Position numbers and translations under genes: made by a program
Source of the DNA: Candidatus Cloacimonadota bacterium
Lineage (GTDB): Bacteria > Cloacimonadota > Cloacimonadia > Cloacimonadales > WRIO01
Assembly: GCA_029564175.1 (NCBI GenBank)
Contig: JAKQQL010000031.1
Span: 1 to 37,399, forward strand
Direction: 5' to 3'
Length of the DNA: 37,399 nucleotides
In this document: positions 9,174 through 19,756 of the stretch, piece after piece
Numbering within the stretch: position 1 is the stretch's first letter
Layout: every line of letters begins with the position of its first letter
Notes under the pieces: model-generated
Database searches by the model: none
What the model saw: only the letters and a program-made list of their open reading frames with translations
Told to the model about the DNA's origin: nothing

Positions 9174-9494
9174 ATGAGTAAAGCAGATAAAACCAATCGC
9201 ATCAGAATCAGATTAAAAGCGTATGATTATCGTTTATTAGATAAATCAGTTGCTGAAATTGTGAAAAATACCCGTGACACAGGTGCTAAAATTGTTGGTC
9301 CTATTCCACTTCCAACAGAACGCACTCTTTACACTATCTTGAGATCACCTCACGTGAACCGTAAAGCGCGTGATCAGTACGAAATGCTGGTTCATAAAAG
9401 AATGATCGACATCATCAATGCAACCCCACAAACTACGACTGCTTTGAAGAAATTAAATCTTCCTGCAGGTGTTCATGTGGAAATCAAGGTGTAG
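9174..9494 (+). CDS. rpsJ: 30S ribosomal protein S10
   Basis: [21 protein letters not shown] motifs; operon position. Confidence 0.98.
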   Translation: MSKADKTNRIRIRLKAYDYRLLDKSVAEIVKNTRDTGAKIVGPIPLPTERTLYTILRSPHVNRKARDQYEMLVHKRMIDIINATPQTTTALKKLNLPAGVHVEIKV

Positions 9495-9506
9495 GAGGAA
9501 TAGGAA

Positions 9507-10124
9507 ATGTTCGGTTTAATCGGTAAAAAAATTGCTATGACTCAGATCTTTGATCAGAATGGTAAAGTAATTCCTGTGACTGTTCTTCAGATGGGACCAT
9601 GCGTGGTTGTTCAGAAAAAAACAGTTGCAACAGATGGTTACAATGCGATTCAATTAGGATTTGAAGAAATAGCTGAAAGAAAAGTAAAAAAACCTGTATT
9701 AGGTCACTTTAAAAAACGCAATTCAAAAGCTTATCGTTATTTACGTGAATTCAGAATTGACTCAATTGAAGATTTCAATGAAGGTCAGGTTTTGGATCTT
9801 GGATTATTCCAGGAAAATGAAATTGTAAATATCATTGGAACTTCTAAAGGTAGAGGTTATGCAGGTGTGATGAAACGCCATAATTTCAGAGGCTTTGAAC
9901 AGAGTCACGGTGTACACGAAAGTTTCCGTGGTGGTGGTTCTATTGGTCAGTGTGCTCAACCTTCACGCGTGTTAAAAGGTGTGAAAATGGCTGGACACAT
10001 GGGCGTTGATCGTATTACGGTTAAAAACCTTAAAATCGTCAAAGTTGACAAAGAACGTAACCTCGTTATGGTTAAAGGTGCTGTACCCGGACATCGTAAC
10101 GGACTCGTTTTAATGAGCAAATAA
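9507..10124 (+). CDS. rplC: 50S ribosomal protein L3
   Basis: GKKIAMTQIF, SKGRGYAGVMKRH, KMAGHMG. Confidence 0.98.
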   Translation: MFGLIGKKIAMTQIFDQNGKVIPVTVLQMGPCVVVQKKTVATDGYNAIQLGFEEIAERKVKKPVLGHFKKRNSKAYRYLREFRIDSIEDFNEGQVLDLGLFQENEIVNIIGTSKGRGYAGVMKRHNFRGFEQSHGVHESFRGGGSIGQCAQPSRVLKGVKMAGHMGVDRITVKNLKIVKVDKERNLVMVKGAVPGHRNGLVLMSK

Positions 10125-10138
10125 TAAGAGGTGAATCA

Positions 10139-10777
10139 ATGATAGAAGCAATAAAATATTCAGCAAACGGTGAAAAAGTTGGAACCGTCCAATTACCAGA
10201 TTCACTTTTCGCTGCATCATGCAATAACCCAAAATCACTTCTTTACGAAGTAGTTAAAATGTATCTTCAAAATCAAAGACAAGGTACAGTGGGTAAAAAA
10301 GGTCGTGGCGATGTGCAAGGCAGTACCCGTAAATTATTCAAACAAAAAGGAACTGGTGGTAATGCACGCGTAGGTAACTTACGTACCCCTATAAGACGCG
10401 GTGGCGGTATGGCATTTGCTATTCAGCCAAAAGATTGGTATTCTCCAATCCCGGTTAAGAAAAAAAGACTTGCACTTAAATTAGCTTTAACTCATAAAGC
10501 AAATGAACAACAGGTGATCATCATTGAATCTATAAAATTTGATCAGCCTTCTACAAAAGTTGCGATTGAATTAATAAACAAAATCGCTCCTGAAAAAGGT
10601 AAAAAATTATTAGTTATCAATGGAACTGATCACAATATTATAAAGTCATTTAACAATATCCCACAGGTAAAAATGGATCGTGCTGATGGTCTTTACGCTT
10701 ATGAAGTATTAAACTGTAAATACCTCATTTTAACTGAAGATGCATTAAATAAAGCAGTGGAGGTATTTGTAAAATGA
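10139..10777 (+). CDS. rplD: 50S ribosomal protein L4
   Basis: RQGT, QKGTG(G)NAR, RGGG motifs; position. Confidence 0.97.
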   Translation: MIEAIKYSANGEKVGTVQLPDSLFAASCNNPKSLLYEVVKMYLQNQRQGTVGKKGRGDVQGSTRKLFKQKGTGGNARVGNLRTPIRRGGGMAFAIQPKDWYSPIPVKKKRLALKLALTHKANEQQVIIIESIKFDQPSTKVAIELINKIAPEKGKKLLVINGTDHNIIKSFNNIPQVKMDRADGLYAYEVLNCKYLILTEDALNKAVEVFVK

Positions 10778-11061
10778 AAAACCCAAGAGAAATAATCATA
10801 ACCCCTATGTTTACAGAAAAATCTACTCAGGCGCTTACTGCTCAGAATGCTTATACATTTAAAGTAAGTATCAATGCCAACAAGATTGAAATTAAAAAAG
10901 CAGTAGAAAAAATCTTTTCTGTTGACGTAATCGATGTTAATACCATTCGTATGGCTGGTAAGCCAAAAAGAATGGGACGCTTTGAAGGTAAACGCGCTGA
11001 TTGGAAAAAAGCAGTTGTTACAGTTAAAAGCGGTCAGACAATTGCAGATTTTGAGATCTAA
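10774..11061 (+). CDS. rplW: 50S ribosomal protein L23
   Basis: [22 protein letters not shown]. Confidence 0.97.
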   Translation: MKNPREIIITPMFTEKSTQALTAQNAYTFKVSINANKIEIKKAVEKIFSVDVIDVNTIRMAGKPKRMGRFEGKRADWKKAVVTVKSGQTIADFEI

Positions 11062-11075
11062 GGCAGGAGTTTAAA

Positions 11076-11906
11076 ATGGGAATCAAAAAATACAAACCAA
11101 CTACCCCTACGATGAGACATCGTACCGGGTACACATTTGAAGAAATTACTAAAACTACGCCTGAAAAATCTTTGATCGAAGCTTTACCAAAAACAGCTGG
11201 TCGAAATAATCAAGGTCGTATTACCAGTCGCAGAAGAGGCGGCGGACATAAAAGATTCTATCGTATGATCGATTTCAAAAGAAATAAACATGGCGTTCCT
11301 GCTAATGTGGCAGCTATTGAATACGATCCAAACCGTACTGCTCGTATTGCTTTATTGCATTACGTTGACGGTGAAAAAAGATATATTATCGCTCCGGTTG
11401 GTCTTAAAGTAGGTGATAAACTGCTTTCCGGTCCAAATGCTCCTATTTTACCAGGTAATGCTTTACCTTTGGAACAAATTCCACTCGGAACAACTATTCA
11501 TAACATTGAATTCACAATGAATAAAGGTGCTCAACTTTGCCGCTCAGCTGGTTGCTTTGCTCAGGTTCTCGCTAAAGAAGGTAACTACGTTCATGTTAAA
11601 ATGCCTTCAGGTGATGTACATTTAGTTCGTAAAGAATGTTATGCAACTATCGGTCAGGTTAGTAATATTGAACACAATATCATCTGGCTTGGTAAAGCAG
11701 GTCGTACCCGTTGGATGGGTCGTCGTCCTAAAGTTCGTGGTGTTGTTATGAATCCGGTGGATCACCCAATGGGTGGTGGTGAAGGTAGAACTTCCGGTGG
11801 CGGTTACCCTGTTTCACCATGGGGTAAACCAGCTAAAGGCGGTAAAACCCGTAACCGTAAAAAATACTCTAACAAGTATATTATTAAAGCGAAAGTGAAA
11901 AAATAG
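11076..11906 (+). CDS. rplB: 50S ribosomal protein L2
   Basis: [28 protein letters not shown]. Confidence 0.99.
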   Translation: MGIKKYKPTTPTMRHRTGYTFEEITKTTPEKSLIEALPKTAGRNNQGRITSRRRGGGHKRFYRMIDFKRNKHGVPANVAAIEYDPNRTARIALLHYVDGEKRYIIAPVGLKVGDKLLSGPNAPILPGNALPLEQIPLGTTIHNIEFTMNKGAQLCRSAGCFAQVLAKEGNYVHVKMPSGDVHLVRKECYATIGQVSNIEHNIIWLGKAGRTRWMGRRPKVRGVVMNPVDHPMGGGEGRTSGGGYPVSPWGKPAKGGKTRNRKKYSNKYIIKAKVKK

Positions 11907-11914
11907 GAGATAAT

Positions 11915-12193
11915 ATGGCTCGTTCAATTAAAAAAGGACCTTTCGTTGACGATCATTTAATGAAAAAAATCGTTGTTCTTAACGAAGAAAATAAAAAAAC
12001 AGTCGTAAAAACATGGTCAAGAAGATCAACCGTTATTCCTGAATTCATCGGTCATACCTTTGCTGTTCATAACGGTAAAAAGTTCGTTCCGGTTTATGTG
12101 ACTGAAAATATGGTTGGTCATAAATTAGGTGAATTCTCTCCTACCCGTACCTATCGCGGACATAAAGAGAAAAAGAAAAAAGTCGGTAAATAA
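11915..12193 (+). CDS. rpsS: 30S ribosomal protein S19
   Basis: [24 protein letters not shown]. Confidence 0.99.
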   Translation: MARSIKKGPFVDDHLMKKIVVLNEENKKTVVKTWSRRSTVIPEFIGHTFAVHNGKKFVPVYVTENMVGHKLGEFSPTRTYRGHKEKKKKVGK

Positions 12194-12204
12194 GGAGTAC
12201 TGGG

Positions 12205-12555
12205 ATGGAACCAAAATTAGAAGCAGTAGCTAAATTAAACAACCACCGCGGTTCAGCACGCAAAGCAAGACTTGTGCTTGATATGATTCGTGGCAAAAAA
12301 GTTAATGAAGCTCAAAAAATACTTCTCTTTTCAACCAAGAGAATGGCTAAAAGTATTGCTAAATTACTCAACTCTGCTATCGCTAATGCAACCCAGAAAA
12401 ACGGGAAAGCAGATATGGACAGTATGATTGTAGATAAAGCCTTTGCTAATGAAGGAACAGTGATGAAAAGATTTCTTCCCCGTGCTCAGGGCCGTGCAAC
12501 TGTAATCAGAAAACAAACATGCCACATCACAGTCGGCATCGCAGAAAAAGAATAG
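12205..12555 (+). CDS. rplV: 50S ribosomal protein L22
   Basis: SARKARLV, SAIANA, PRAQGRA. Confidence 0.97.
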   Translation: MEPKLEAVAKLNNHRGSARKARLVLDMIRGKKVNEAQKILLFSTKRMAKSIAKLLNSAIANATQKNGKADMDSMIVDKAFANEGTVMKRFLPRAQGRATVIRKQTCHITVGIAEKE

Positions 12556-12564
12556 GGGGATCCT

Positions 12565-13221
12565 TTGGGACAAAAGATTAATCCTAATTTATTTCGCCTT
12601 GGTATCAATAAATCTCATCAGTCTGTCTGGTACAGTGAAGGCAATGAATATATTCAGAATTTACATGAAGACTTAATGATTAAGAAATATATCAAGAATC
12701 GTTTAAAAGGCGCTATGATTTCTAAAGTCACTATCGCTCGTAAAACGAACTCTATCAATATTGATATTCACACTGCAAGACCTGGACAGGTCATCGGTCG
12801 TAAAGGCGAATCCATTGATACTTTAAGAACTGAAATTGCTCACTTGATCAACAAAAAACGTGAAGGTCAAATCGCTGTTTTCATTAACATCAATGAAATC
12901 AAAAAAGTTTGGCTGGATGCACGCCTGGTTGGTGAAGAAGTTGCCCGTCAGTTACAGGAACGTGTTTCTTTCCGCCGTGCAATGAAATTTGCGATTCGTA
13001 ATGCCCTGAAAGACGGCGCATTAGGTATCAAAGTTCAGTGCTCAGGTCGTCTGGGTGGTGCAGAAATGGCTCGTACCGAACGTTATCAGCAAGGCCGTAC
13101 ACCTTTACAAACTTTACGTGCTGATATTGATTTTGCTATTGTAGAATCTTTAACTACCTATGGTATTATCGGTATTAAAGTTTGGATCTACAAAGGTGAT
13201 ATCTTAAGCAAGGAGATGTAA
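12565..13221 (+). CDS. rpsC: 30S ribosomal protein S3 (TTG start)
   Basis: GQKINP, ARPGx[21 protein letters not shown]. Confidence 0.98.
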   Translation: MGQKINPNLFRLGINKSHQSVWYSEGNEYIQNLHEDLMIKKYIKNRLKGAMISKVTIARKTNSINIDIHTARPGQVIGRKGESIDTLRTEIAHLINKKREGQIAVFININEIKKVWLDARLVGEEVARQLQERVSFRRAMKFAIRNALKDGALGIKVQCSGRLGGAEMARTERYQQGRTPLQTLRADIDFAIVESLTTYGIIGIKVWIYKGDILSKEM

Positions 13222-13223
13222 TC

Positions 13224-13643
13224 ATGTTAGCACCAAAAAAAGTAAAATACAGAAAACAAATGAAAGGCCGCAGATCAGGTCTTTCCTATACAGGCTGTGA
13301 TGTAAGCTTTGGCGATTACGGTTTAATGGCTACAGAAGCTGGCTGGATTAACAGTCGTCAGATCGAAGCTGCCCGTGTTGCGATTACCCGTTATATGAAA
13401 CGTGTGGGTCGCGTATGGATCCGTATCTTTCCTGATAAACCCGTTACTGCTAAACCTGCTGAAACCCGTATGGGTAAAGGTAAAGGCGCTCCAGATCACT
13501 GGGTAGCAGTCGTCAGACCCGGTAGAGTTCTTTTCGAATTACAGGGCGTCAGTGTAGAAATTGCTCGCGAAGCGATGCGTCTTGCAAGCCATAAATTACC
13601 AATCACTACCAAAGTGATTGCTCGTGAGGGAGTTGAAATATGA
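13224..13643 (+). CDS. rplP: 50S ribosomal protein L16
   Basis: [21 protein letters not shown]. Confidence 0.99.
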   Translation: MLAPKKVKYRKQMKGRRSGLSYTGCDVSFGDYGLMATEAGWINSRQIEAARVAITRYMKRVGRVWIRIFPDKPVTAKPAETRMGKGKGAPDHWVAVVRPGRVLFELQGVSVEIAREAMRLASHKLPITTKVIAREGVEI

Positions 13644-13834
13644 AAGCAGCTGAGTTACGCGAATTAACTGTTGAAGATTTAAATAAAAAACTGGAAGATT
13701 TTAAAGAAGAACTTTTCAATCTTCGTATTCAAAAAGTGCGCAATCGTTTGGAAAATACTTCACGTATCCGTGTTGTTCGCAGAGATATCGCGCGTGTTTT
13801 AACCCTGTTAACCCAAAAGAAATTAGCAAAGTAA
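13640..13834 (+). CDS. rpmC: 50S ribosomal protein L29
   Basis: [15 protein letters not shown]; position. Confidence 0.96.
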   Translation: MKAAELRELTVEDLNKKLEDFKEELFNLRIQKVRNRLENTSRIRVVRRDIARVLTLLTQKKLAK

Positions 13835-13846
13835 GAGGTTTTAAAA

Positions 13847-14101
13847 ATGGCTATCGAAAGAAGAGTTAAGAAAATCGGTACCGTCGTCAGCGATAAAATG
13901 GATAAGAGTGTTGTGGTCAGAGTTGAAAGACAATTTATGCATCCTCTTTACAAAAAAGTAGTGAGAAAACATAAAAAATTTATGGCTCATGATGAACAAA
14001 ACGATTGTCATGAAGGTGATATTGTTGAAATCAGAGAATGTCGTCCCCTTAGCAAGAGCAAACGCTGGGAAGTTATTCGAGTTGTTGAAAGATCTAAATA
14101 A
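13847..14101 (+). CDS. rpsQ: 30S ribosomal protein S17
   Basis: [23 protein letters not shown]. Confidence 0.98.
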   Translation: MAIERRVKKIGTVVSDKMDKSVVVRVERQFMHPLYKKVVRKHKKFMAHDEQNDCHEGDIVEIRECRPLSKSKRWEVIRVVERSK

Positions 14102-14112
14102 GGAGCCTGACC

Positions 14113-14481
14113 ATGATTCAATTACAAACTATGTTAAACATTGCTGATAATTCCGGTGGAAAAAAAGCAATGTGTATAAAAGTGCTTGGCGGTACTCGTC
14201 GTAAATATGCAAGTGTTGGCGATATTATTGTTGTTGCTATCAAATCAGCTACACCTGGTGCAAAAGTCAAAAAAGGGAACGTTGAAAAAGCAGTGATTGT
14301 CAGAACTTCCAAAGAAGTAAGAAGACCTGATGGTTCTTATATTCGCTTCCAGGATAATGCAGCTGTTATTATTGACGATCGTATGGAACCTAAAGCAAGC
14401 CGTATTTTTGGTCCGGTAGCACGTGAATTAAGAGAAAAACATTTTACTAAAATCGTTTCTCTTGCACCAGAAGTATTGTAG
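14113..14481 (+). CDS. rplN: 50S ribosomal protein L14
   Basis: [30 protein letters not shown]. Confidence 0.99.
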   Translation: MIQLQTMLNIADNSGGKKAMCIKVLGGTRRKYASVGDIIVVAIKSATPGAKVKKGNVEKAVIVRTSKEVRRPDGSYIRFQDNAAVIIDDRMEPKASRIFGPVARELREKHFTKIVSLAPEVL

Positions 14482-14490
14482 GAGTCGCAA

Positions 14491-14808
14491 ATGAATAACA
14501 AATTAAGAATCCGTAAAGGCGATACAGTCGTTGTCATTACCGGAAAATATAAAGGCGTCAAAGGAAAGGTGCTTAAAGTTTTCCCTAAGACAGAACGTGT
14601 GATTGTTGAAAAAGTCAACTTTATCAAAAAAAGTGTCAGACCAAATCAACAAAACCAACAAGGTGGCATTATTGAAAAAGAAGCACCAATCCATGTCTCA
14701 AATGTCATGCTTTGGAATTCTAAAATCAATGATGTAACAAAACCATCTATTAAAGTAATCGGTGACCGCAGAGTCAGAACCTGCCATAAAACCGGTGATG
14801 AGATTTAA
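14491..14808 (+). CDS. rplX: 50S ribosomal protein L24
   Basis: KOW motif KGDTVVVITGKYKG; EAPIHVSNV. Confidence 0.98.
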   Translation: MNNKLRIRKGDTVVVITGKYKGVKGKVLKVFPKTERVIVEKVNFIKKSVRPNQQNQQGGIIEKEAPIHVSNVMLWNSKINDVTKPSIKVIGDRRVRTCHKTGDEI

Positions 14809-14821
14809 TAAGGAGTAATGA

Positions 14822-15376
14822 ATGAACCGCTTAAAAGAAAAATATAAAAATGATGTTATCCCAGCATTACTCAAAACCTTTAACTATAAGAATGTAAACC
14901 AGGTACCAAAAATTGAAAAGATTATCGTTTCAATGGGTGTTGGTGTTGCAACTCAAAATAAAGCATTACTGGATAATGCGGTAAAAGATATGGTTCAGAT
15001 TACCGGCCGTAAACCTTTAGTAACTAAAGCAAAGAAATCTATTTCTAACTTTAAGTTAAGACAAGGTATGCCAATCGGTTGTAAAGTAACCCTCAGAGAC
15101 GAAGTGATGTATGAATTTATGGATCGTCTGGTCTCTATCGTTTTACCACGTGTTCGTGACTTTAAAGGGGTTCCTCTCAATGCATTTGATGGCAGAGGAA
15201 ACTATTCTTTAGGCGTTAAAGAACAAACAGTTTTTCCGGAAATCGACTTTGATAAAATCGATCAGATCAGAGGTTTAAATATCGCTTTTGTAACAACAGC
15301 AGATTCAGATGAAGAAGGAAGAGAATTACTTCGCCTGATGGGTATGCCATTTGTTAAAAAAGAAAAAAAAGACTAG
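14822..15376 (+). CDS. rplE: 50S ribosomal protein L5
   Basis: [29 protein letters not shown]. Confidence 0.99.
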   Translation: MNRLKEKYKNDVIPALLKTFNYKNVNQVPKIEKIIVSMGVGVATQNKALLDNAVKDMVQITGRKPLVTKAKKSISNFKLRQGMPIGCKVTLRDEVMYEFMDRLVSIVLPRVRDFKGVPLNAFDGRGNYSLGVKEQTVFPEIDFDKIDQIRGLNIAFVTTADSDEEGRELLRLMGMPFVKKEKKD

Positions 15377-15399
15377 TTGAAGCATAAAGGAGATGTACC

Positions 15400-15585
15400 T
15401 TGGCTAAGAAATCATGGATTGTAAAATCACAAAAAGAGCCTAAATTCAGTGTTAGAGCTTATAACCGTTGTAAATTATGCGGAAGACCAAGAGCTTATAT
15501 GAGAGATTTTGGTATGTGCCGTCTTTGCTTTAGACTGCTTGTCGCAAGTGGCGAAATCCCTGGCGTTAGAAGAGCCAGCTGGTAA
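15400..15585 (+). CDS. rpsN: 30S ribosomal protein S14, short zinc-binding type (TTG start)
   Basis: 61 aa; RCKLCGRPR...CRLCFR; ends in ASW. Confidence 0.97.
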   Translation: MAKKSWIVKSQKEPKFSVRAYNRCKLCGRPRAYMRDFGMCRLCFRLLVASGEIPGVRRASW

Positions 15586-15603
15586 TAAATTGGAGGAATT
15601 AAA

Positions 15604-16017
15604 ATGAGTATTAGTGATCCGATAGCTGATGCATTAACAAAAATCAGAAATGCATATCGTGCCGGACATAAACAGGTTTCTGTCAATCATTGCAAATTGG
15701 TTGAATCTGTTATGAAAATTCTGGCGAAAGAAAACTATATCAATAATTTTGATATTATTGACAGAGAACCTGAAAGAAAAATCTTAAGAAAACAAATCCT
15801 GGTGAATCTTCGTTATACCAACGATGGAAAACCTGTCTTAAGAGGTGTTGAAAGAATTAGTAAACCTGGTCGCCGTGTTTACGTAAAAGCGGCTAATATC
15901 CCATCCGTTTACAATAATACAGGCTGTGCTATCATCTCTACCAGCCAGGGCGTATTAACAGATAGAGACGCGCGTGCTAACAAAGCAGGTGGCGAGTATG
16001 TTTGTAAGGTTTGGTAG
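15604..16017 (+). CDS. rpsH: 30S ribosomal protein S8
   Basis: DPIADALTKIRNA, SKPGRRVY, STSQG. Confidence 0.98.
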   Translation: MSISDPIADALTKIRNAYRAGHKQVSVNHCKLVESVMKILAKENYINNFDIIDREPERKILRKQILVNLRYTNDGKPVLRGVERISKPGRRVYVKAANIPSVYNNTGCAIISTSQGVLTDRDARANKAGGEYVCKVW

Positions 16018-16025
16018 GAGGAAAG

Positions 16026-16598
16026 ATGTCAAGAATCGGTAAATCACCTATTAAAATCCCTAATGGTGTTAATATACAGATCGTTGACAGAACTGTCAAT
16101 GTCAAAGGTAAATTAGGTTCTTTAAGTTATTCATTACAGAACGGCGTTCACGTTGTTCAGGAAAATGATGTGCTTACTGTTACCAGAGAAAATGATGAAA
16201 GAAATGTCAGAGCTTTACACGGCTTAACCCGTGCTCTTTTATTCAACATGGTTAAAGGTGTTTCAGAAGGTTATGAAAAGGTATTACATTTGATTGGTAC
16301 CGGTTATACTGCTGAAGTCCTTGGACCATGGTTAAAACTTAGTGTTGGTTACTCACATGAAATTTTACTTCAAGTGCCAAAAGGCATTACAGTTACAACT
16401 GAAGCTGTGCCTCGTGGTAAAGGTGGTAAGGTGGCTTTACAGTCCATTATTAAAATTAATGGATTTGATAAAGAAGATGTGGGCAAATTCTCAGCTGAAG
16501 TACGTGGCGTGAGACCTCCTGAGAACTATAAAGGCAAGGGTATCCGTTACAATACTGAAAATGTTACTATTAAAGCTGGAAAATCCGGTGCTAAATAA
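16026..16598 (+). CDS. rplF: 50S ribosomal protein L6
   Basis: MSRIGK start at 16026 after AGGAGG (the track start at 16011 is too early); HGLTRAL, GYSH, YKGKGIRY. Confidence 0.98.
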   Translation: MSRIGKSPIKIPNGVNIQIVDRTVNVKGKLGSLSYSLQNGVHVVQENDVLTVTRENDERNVRALHGLTRALLFNMVKGVSEGYEKVLHLIGTGYTAEVLGPWLKLSVGYSHEILLQVPKGITVTTEAVPRGKGGKVALQSIIKINGFDKEDVGKFSAEVRGVRPPENYKGKGIRYNTENVTIKAGKSGAK

Positions 16599-16629
16599 CA
16601 TTGAATAGTCAAACATAATGGGAGTAAAA

Positions 16630-16998
16630 ATGAAGAAATCAATCACATTCATAAAAGCACAAGCCCGTGAACGTCGTAAAATGACTATTCGTAAAAGAGT
16701 TCGCGGAAACGCTGAAAGACCACGTTTAGTTGTCTTTAGAAGCTTGAACAATATATATGCACAAATTATTGACGATGTAATTGGCAAGACTTTAGTTGCT
16801 ATGTCCACTAAAGCTAAAAATGAAACTTTCAACGGCAAAACTAAAGTAGAAAAGAGTTTTGAAGTTGGTGAAAAAATCGCTAAGAGAGCATTAGAAAACG
16901 GAATTACTCAAGTTTGCTTTGACCGTGCAGGATACAGATTCCATGGCCGTGTAAAAGCGCTTGCTGAAGGTGCTCGTAAAGCCGGATTAAATTTCTAA
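16630..16998 (+). CDS. rplR: 50S ribosomal protein L18
   Basis: [24 protein letters not shown] at 16630 follows GGGAG and is preferred over 16618. Confidence 0.97.
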   Translation: MKKSITFIKAQARERRKMTIRKRVRGNAERPRLVVFRSLNNIYAQIIDDVIGKTLVAMSTKAKNETFNGKTKVEKSFEVGEKIAKRALENGITQVCFDRAGYRFHGRVKALAEGARKAGLNF

Positions 16999-17011
16999 GA
17001 GGAGGACTGCC

Positions 17012-17527
17012 TTGAGTCAAATGAATAATCCCGAATCTAATGAATTATTTGAAAAAATAATTGATACAAACCGCGTGGCAAAAGTGGTAAAAGGTGGACG
17101 TAACTTCAGCTTTAACGCAATTGTTGTCGTGGGAGATAAAAACGGTAAAGTTGGCGTAGGAACCGGTAAAGCCAATGAAATCACAGATGCAATCAGAAAA
17201 GCAAGAGAAAAAGCTGAAAAGAATATGTTCCGTATTCCAATCGTTCGTGAGACAATTCCTCATGAAATTCTTGGAAGATTCGGTGCCAGTAAAATCTTGT
17301 TAAAACCAGCTTCCACAGGTACCGGAATTATTGCCGGCGGTACAGCTCGTGCAATCTTCGAAGCAGCTGGTATCTCTAATATCCTTGCTAAATCTATGGG
17401 CTCTAATACCCCATGTAATTTAGTTAAAGCAACAATTGCAGGCTTAAAAGAATTAAGAACTGTCAGCGAAGTTGCTAAATTACGCGGAAAAACCTTCGCA
17501 GAATTAACCGGTACGGAGGAAAAATGA
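17012..17527 (+). CDS. rpsE: 30S ribosomal protein S5 (TTG start)
   Basis: [18 protein letters not shown]. Confidence 0.98.
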   Translation: MSQMNNPESNELFEKIIDTNRVAKVVKGGRNFSFNAIVVVGDKNGKVGVGTGKANEITDAIRKAREKAEKNMFRIPIVRETIPHEILGRFGASKILLKPASTGTGIIAGGTARAIFEAAGISNILAKSMGSNTPCNLVKATIAGLKELRTVSEVAKLRGKTFAELTGTEEK

Positions 17528-17706
17528 AGCTCAAAGTAACTAAAACTAAAAGTACAATCGGCTACCAATACACTCAGGAATTAGTGATGAGATCTCTTGG
17601 TTTAAGAAAAATGAACCAGGTTAAAATTCATAACGATAATCCATGTATCCGTGGAATGATTAAAAAAGTTTCTCACCTTGTAAAAGTTGAAGAAATAAAT
17701 GACTAA
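17524..17706 (+). CDS. rpmD: 50S ribosomal protein L30
   Basis: [22 protein letters not shown]. Confidence 0.96.
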   Translation: MKLKVTKTKSTIGYQYTQELVMRSLGLRKMNQVKIHNDNPCIRGMIKKVSHLVKVEEIND

Positions 17707-17713
17707 TATCTTG

Positions 17714-17740
17714 CCCGGCATTCCGGTGCCGGGTTATTTT
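17714..17740 (+). terminator. GC-rich hairpin plus T tract between rpmD and rplO
   Basis: CCCGGCA-ttccgg-TGCCGGG followed by TTATTTT. Confidence 0.55.
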
Positions 17741-17766
17741 AAAACTGATGCTTTGAAGGAGACAAA

Positions 17767-18216
17767 ATGCTTCATCAGATGGAACGCCCAAATATAAAGA
17801 AAAAAGTAAAACGTCTTGGTAAAGGCCAGGGCAGTGGTTACGGACATCAGGCAGGTCGCGGACACAAAGGTACAAAAGCACGTAGTGGCGGAAAAGTTTC
17901 TGCAGCTTTTGAAGGTGGTCAGATGCCATTACAACGCCGTTTACCAAAACGCGGTTTCAAGAATATCTTCCGTATAGAATATCGTATTGTGAGCCTGGCT
18001 CAGCTTCAGAATGCTGAAGTCAATACATTCGACACAGAAGTATTTGAAAATACAAAAATGATCCGTTCAGAAGGTCAATACAAAAATTTACCTGTAAAAA
18101 TCTTATCAAACGGAATTGAAAATTTTAATAAAAACGTAACGGTTAAGGCCAATGCTTTTTCAGAAAAAGCAAAGGAAGCGATTGAAAAACTCGGTGGTAA
18201 AGCGGAGGTAGTGTAA
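17767..18216 (+). CDS. rplO: 50S ribosomal protein L15
   Basis: GxGSG, GRGHKG, FEGGQMPLQRRLPKRGF. Confidence 0.98.
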   Translation: MLHQMERPNIKKKVKRLGKGQGSGYGHQAGRGHKGTKARSGGKVSAAFEGGQMPLQRRLPKRGFKNIFRIEYRIVSLAQLQNAEVNTFDTEVFENTKMIRSEGQYKNLPVKILSNGIENFNKNVTVKANAFSEKAKEAIEKLGGKAEVV

Positions 18217-19515
18217 TTGTTAGAAAGTATCAAAAATATCTTCAAAATCCCGGAATTGAAGAAAAAAATACTTTTCACCGCTTTTATATTAATTCTTTAC
18301 AGATTAGGAAGCTTTATTCCTACTCCCGGAGTTAATGCTGAAGCCTTGAAAGCATTCTTTAGTGACAAAGGTCAAAATTCAATTTTTGGATTATTTGATT
18401 TATTTGTAGGCGGAAACTTTGAAAGAGCTTCAGTTTTCGCACTAGGTATTATGCCTTATATTACTTCATCCATTGTGATTCAGTTATTAGGCAGTATTGT
18501 ACCTTATTTCGAAAAACTTCGTAAAGAAGGCGCTGAAGGAACTAAAAAATTAACACAAATTACACGTTACGGTACTATTGTAATAGGTATATTCAATGCG
18601 ATTGGTATTGCTATCTTTTTACAAAGTATGGAAGTCGTTTACAATCCGGGTGTCATGTTTATGTTAACAACAGTTATCACGATGGTTACAGGTACAATGG
18701 TTATTATGTGGCTGGGTGAACAGATTACTGAAAAAGGTATTGGAAATGGTATTTCCTTAATCATCTTTGCCGGAATTATTGCCAGATATCCTCAGGGATT
18801 CTATCAGATGTTCCAGATGGTGAAAACAGGTACAATGCCAATTTTAACCGCTTTAATCGTTATAGCCGTTATGGTTGCGATTACAGGTGCTGTAATTCTG
18901 GTTACTGAAGCGATTAGAAAAATCAATGTACAGTATGCAAAAAGAGTGATTGGCAGAAAAATCTATGGCGGACAAAGTACACATATCCCTCTCAGAGTCA
19001 ACTCTGCAGGTGTGATTCCTATTATCTTTGCTCAGTCTGTGATTATGTTTCCAAGAACATTTGCAACTTTCTTCCCAAACTCAGCTGTTGGTGATTTTAT
19101 TATCAAAACTTTATCTCCAGGACATGCATTGTATACAATCCTTTATATGGCATTGATTATCTTCTTTGCATATTTCTATACTGCGATTGCAATGAATCCT
19201 GTTGAAATGGCTGAAAACATGAAAAAACATGGTGGATTTATTCCTGGTATTTTACCTGGTAAAAATACATCAACCTATATCAATAATATCCTGATTCGTA
19301 TTACACTCCCAGGTGCAATCTTTTTTGCTATCATCGCTGTGATCCCTGAATTCATGATGAAACTGACCAATATCCCATTCTATTTTGGTGGTACCGGTCT
19401 GATCATTATTGTGGGTGTTGCGCTTGATACATTAAAACAGATTGAATCACATCTGGTGATGAGACATTATGACGGATTTATGAAAAAAGGAAAATTAAGA
19501 GGTCGTTCTTCTTAA
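18217..19515 (+). CDS. secY: Preprotein translocase subunit SecY (TTG start)
   Basis: ALGIMPYITSSI, WLGEQIT, GIGNGISL, AGVIPIIFA, FGGT; multiple hydrophobic segments. Confidence 0.99.
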   Translation: MLESIKNIFKIPELKKKILFTAFILILYRLGSFIPTPGVNAEALKAFFSDKGQNSIFGLFDLFVGGNFERASVFALGIMPYITSSIVIQLLGSIVPYFEKLRKEGAEGTKKLTQITRYGTIVIGIFNAIGIAIFLQSMEVVYNPGVMFMLTTVITMVTGTMVIMWLGEQITEKGIGNGISLIIFAGIIARYPQGFYQMFQMVKTGTMPILTALIVIAVMVAITGAVILVTEAIRKINVQYAKRVIGRKIYGGQSTHIPLRVNSAGVIPIIFAQSVIMFPRTFATFFPNSAVGDFIIKTLSPGHALYTILYMALIIFFAYFYTAIAMNPVEMAENMKKHGGFIPGILPGKNTSTYINNILIRITLPGAIFFAIIAVIPEFMMKLTNIPFYFGGTGLIIIVGVALDTLKQIESHLVMRHYDGFMKKGKLRGRSS

Positions 19516-19532
19516 TTTAACAATATATTCAC

Positions 19533-19562
19533 AGAGGAACAGAGCATACTCTGTTCCTCTTA
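19533..19562 (+). terminator. Hairpin after secY (terminator-like)
   Basis: Perfect 12-bp stem AGAGGAACAGAG-cata-CTCTGTTCCTCT; the downstream T tract is weak. Confidence 0.65.
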
Positions 19563-19656
19563 TGATATAAAGTTCAAAACTTTTTACTTGGTTTCCTGAT
19601 GACAGCTGTCCGAAAAGAGTACAAATAACTTTTATAATAAAAGCAAAAATAAAGAC

Positions 19657-19690
19657 TTGACAGTTTTACGGGAATTAGAAATTTTGTTAA
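19657..19690 (+). promoter_or_regulatory. Possible promoter of the infA-alpha operon
   Basis: TTGACA at 19657 with an A-rich upstream tract, 100 bp before infA; the -10 box is ambiguous. Confidence 0.45.
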
Positions 19691-19756
19691 AAATAAGATG
19701 AAATAAATCTTAGCTGATCTTTTATTATAAAAGATGAAGAAAATTAAGGAAGGTAT

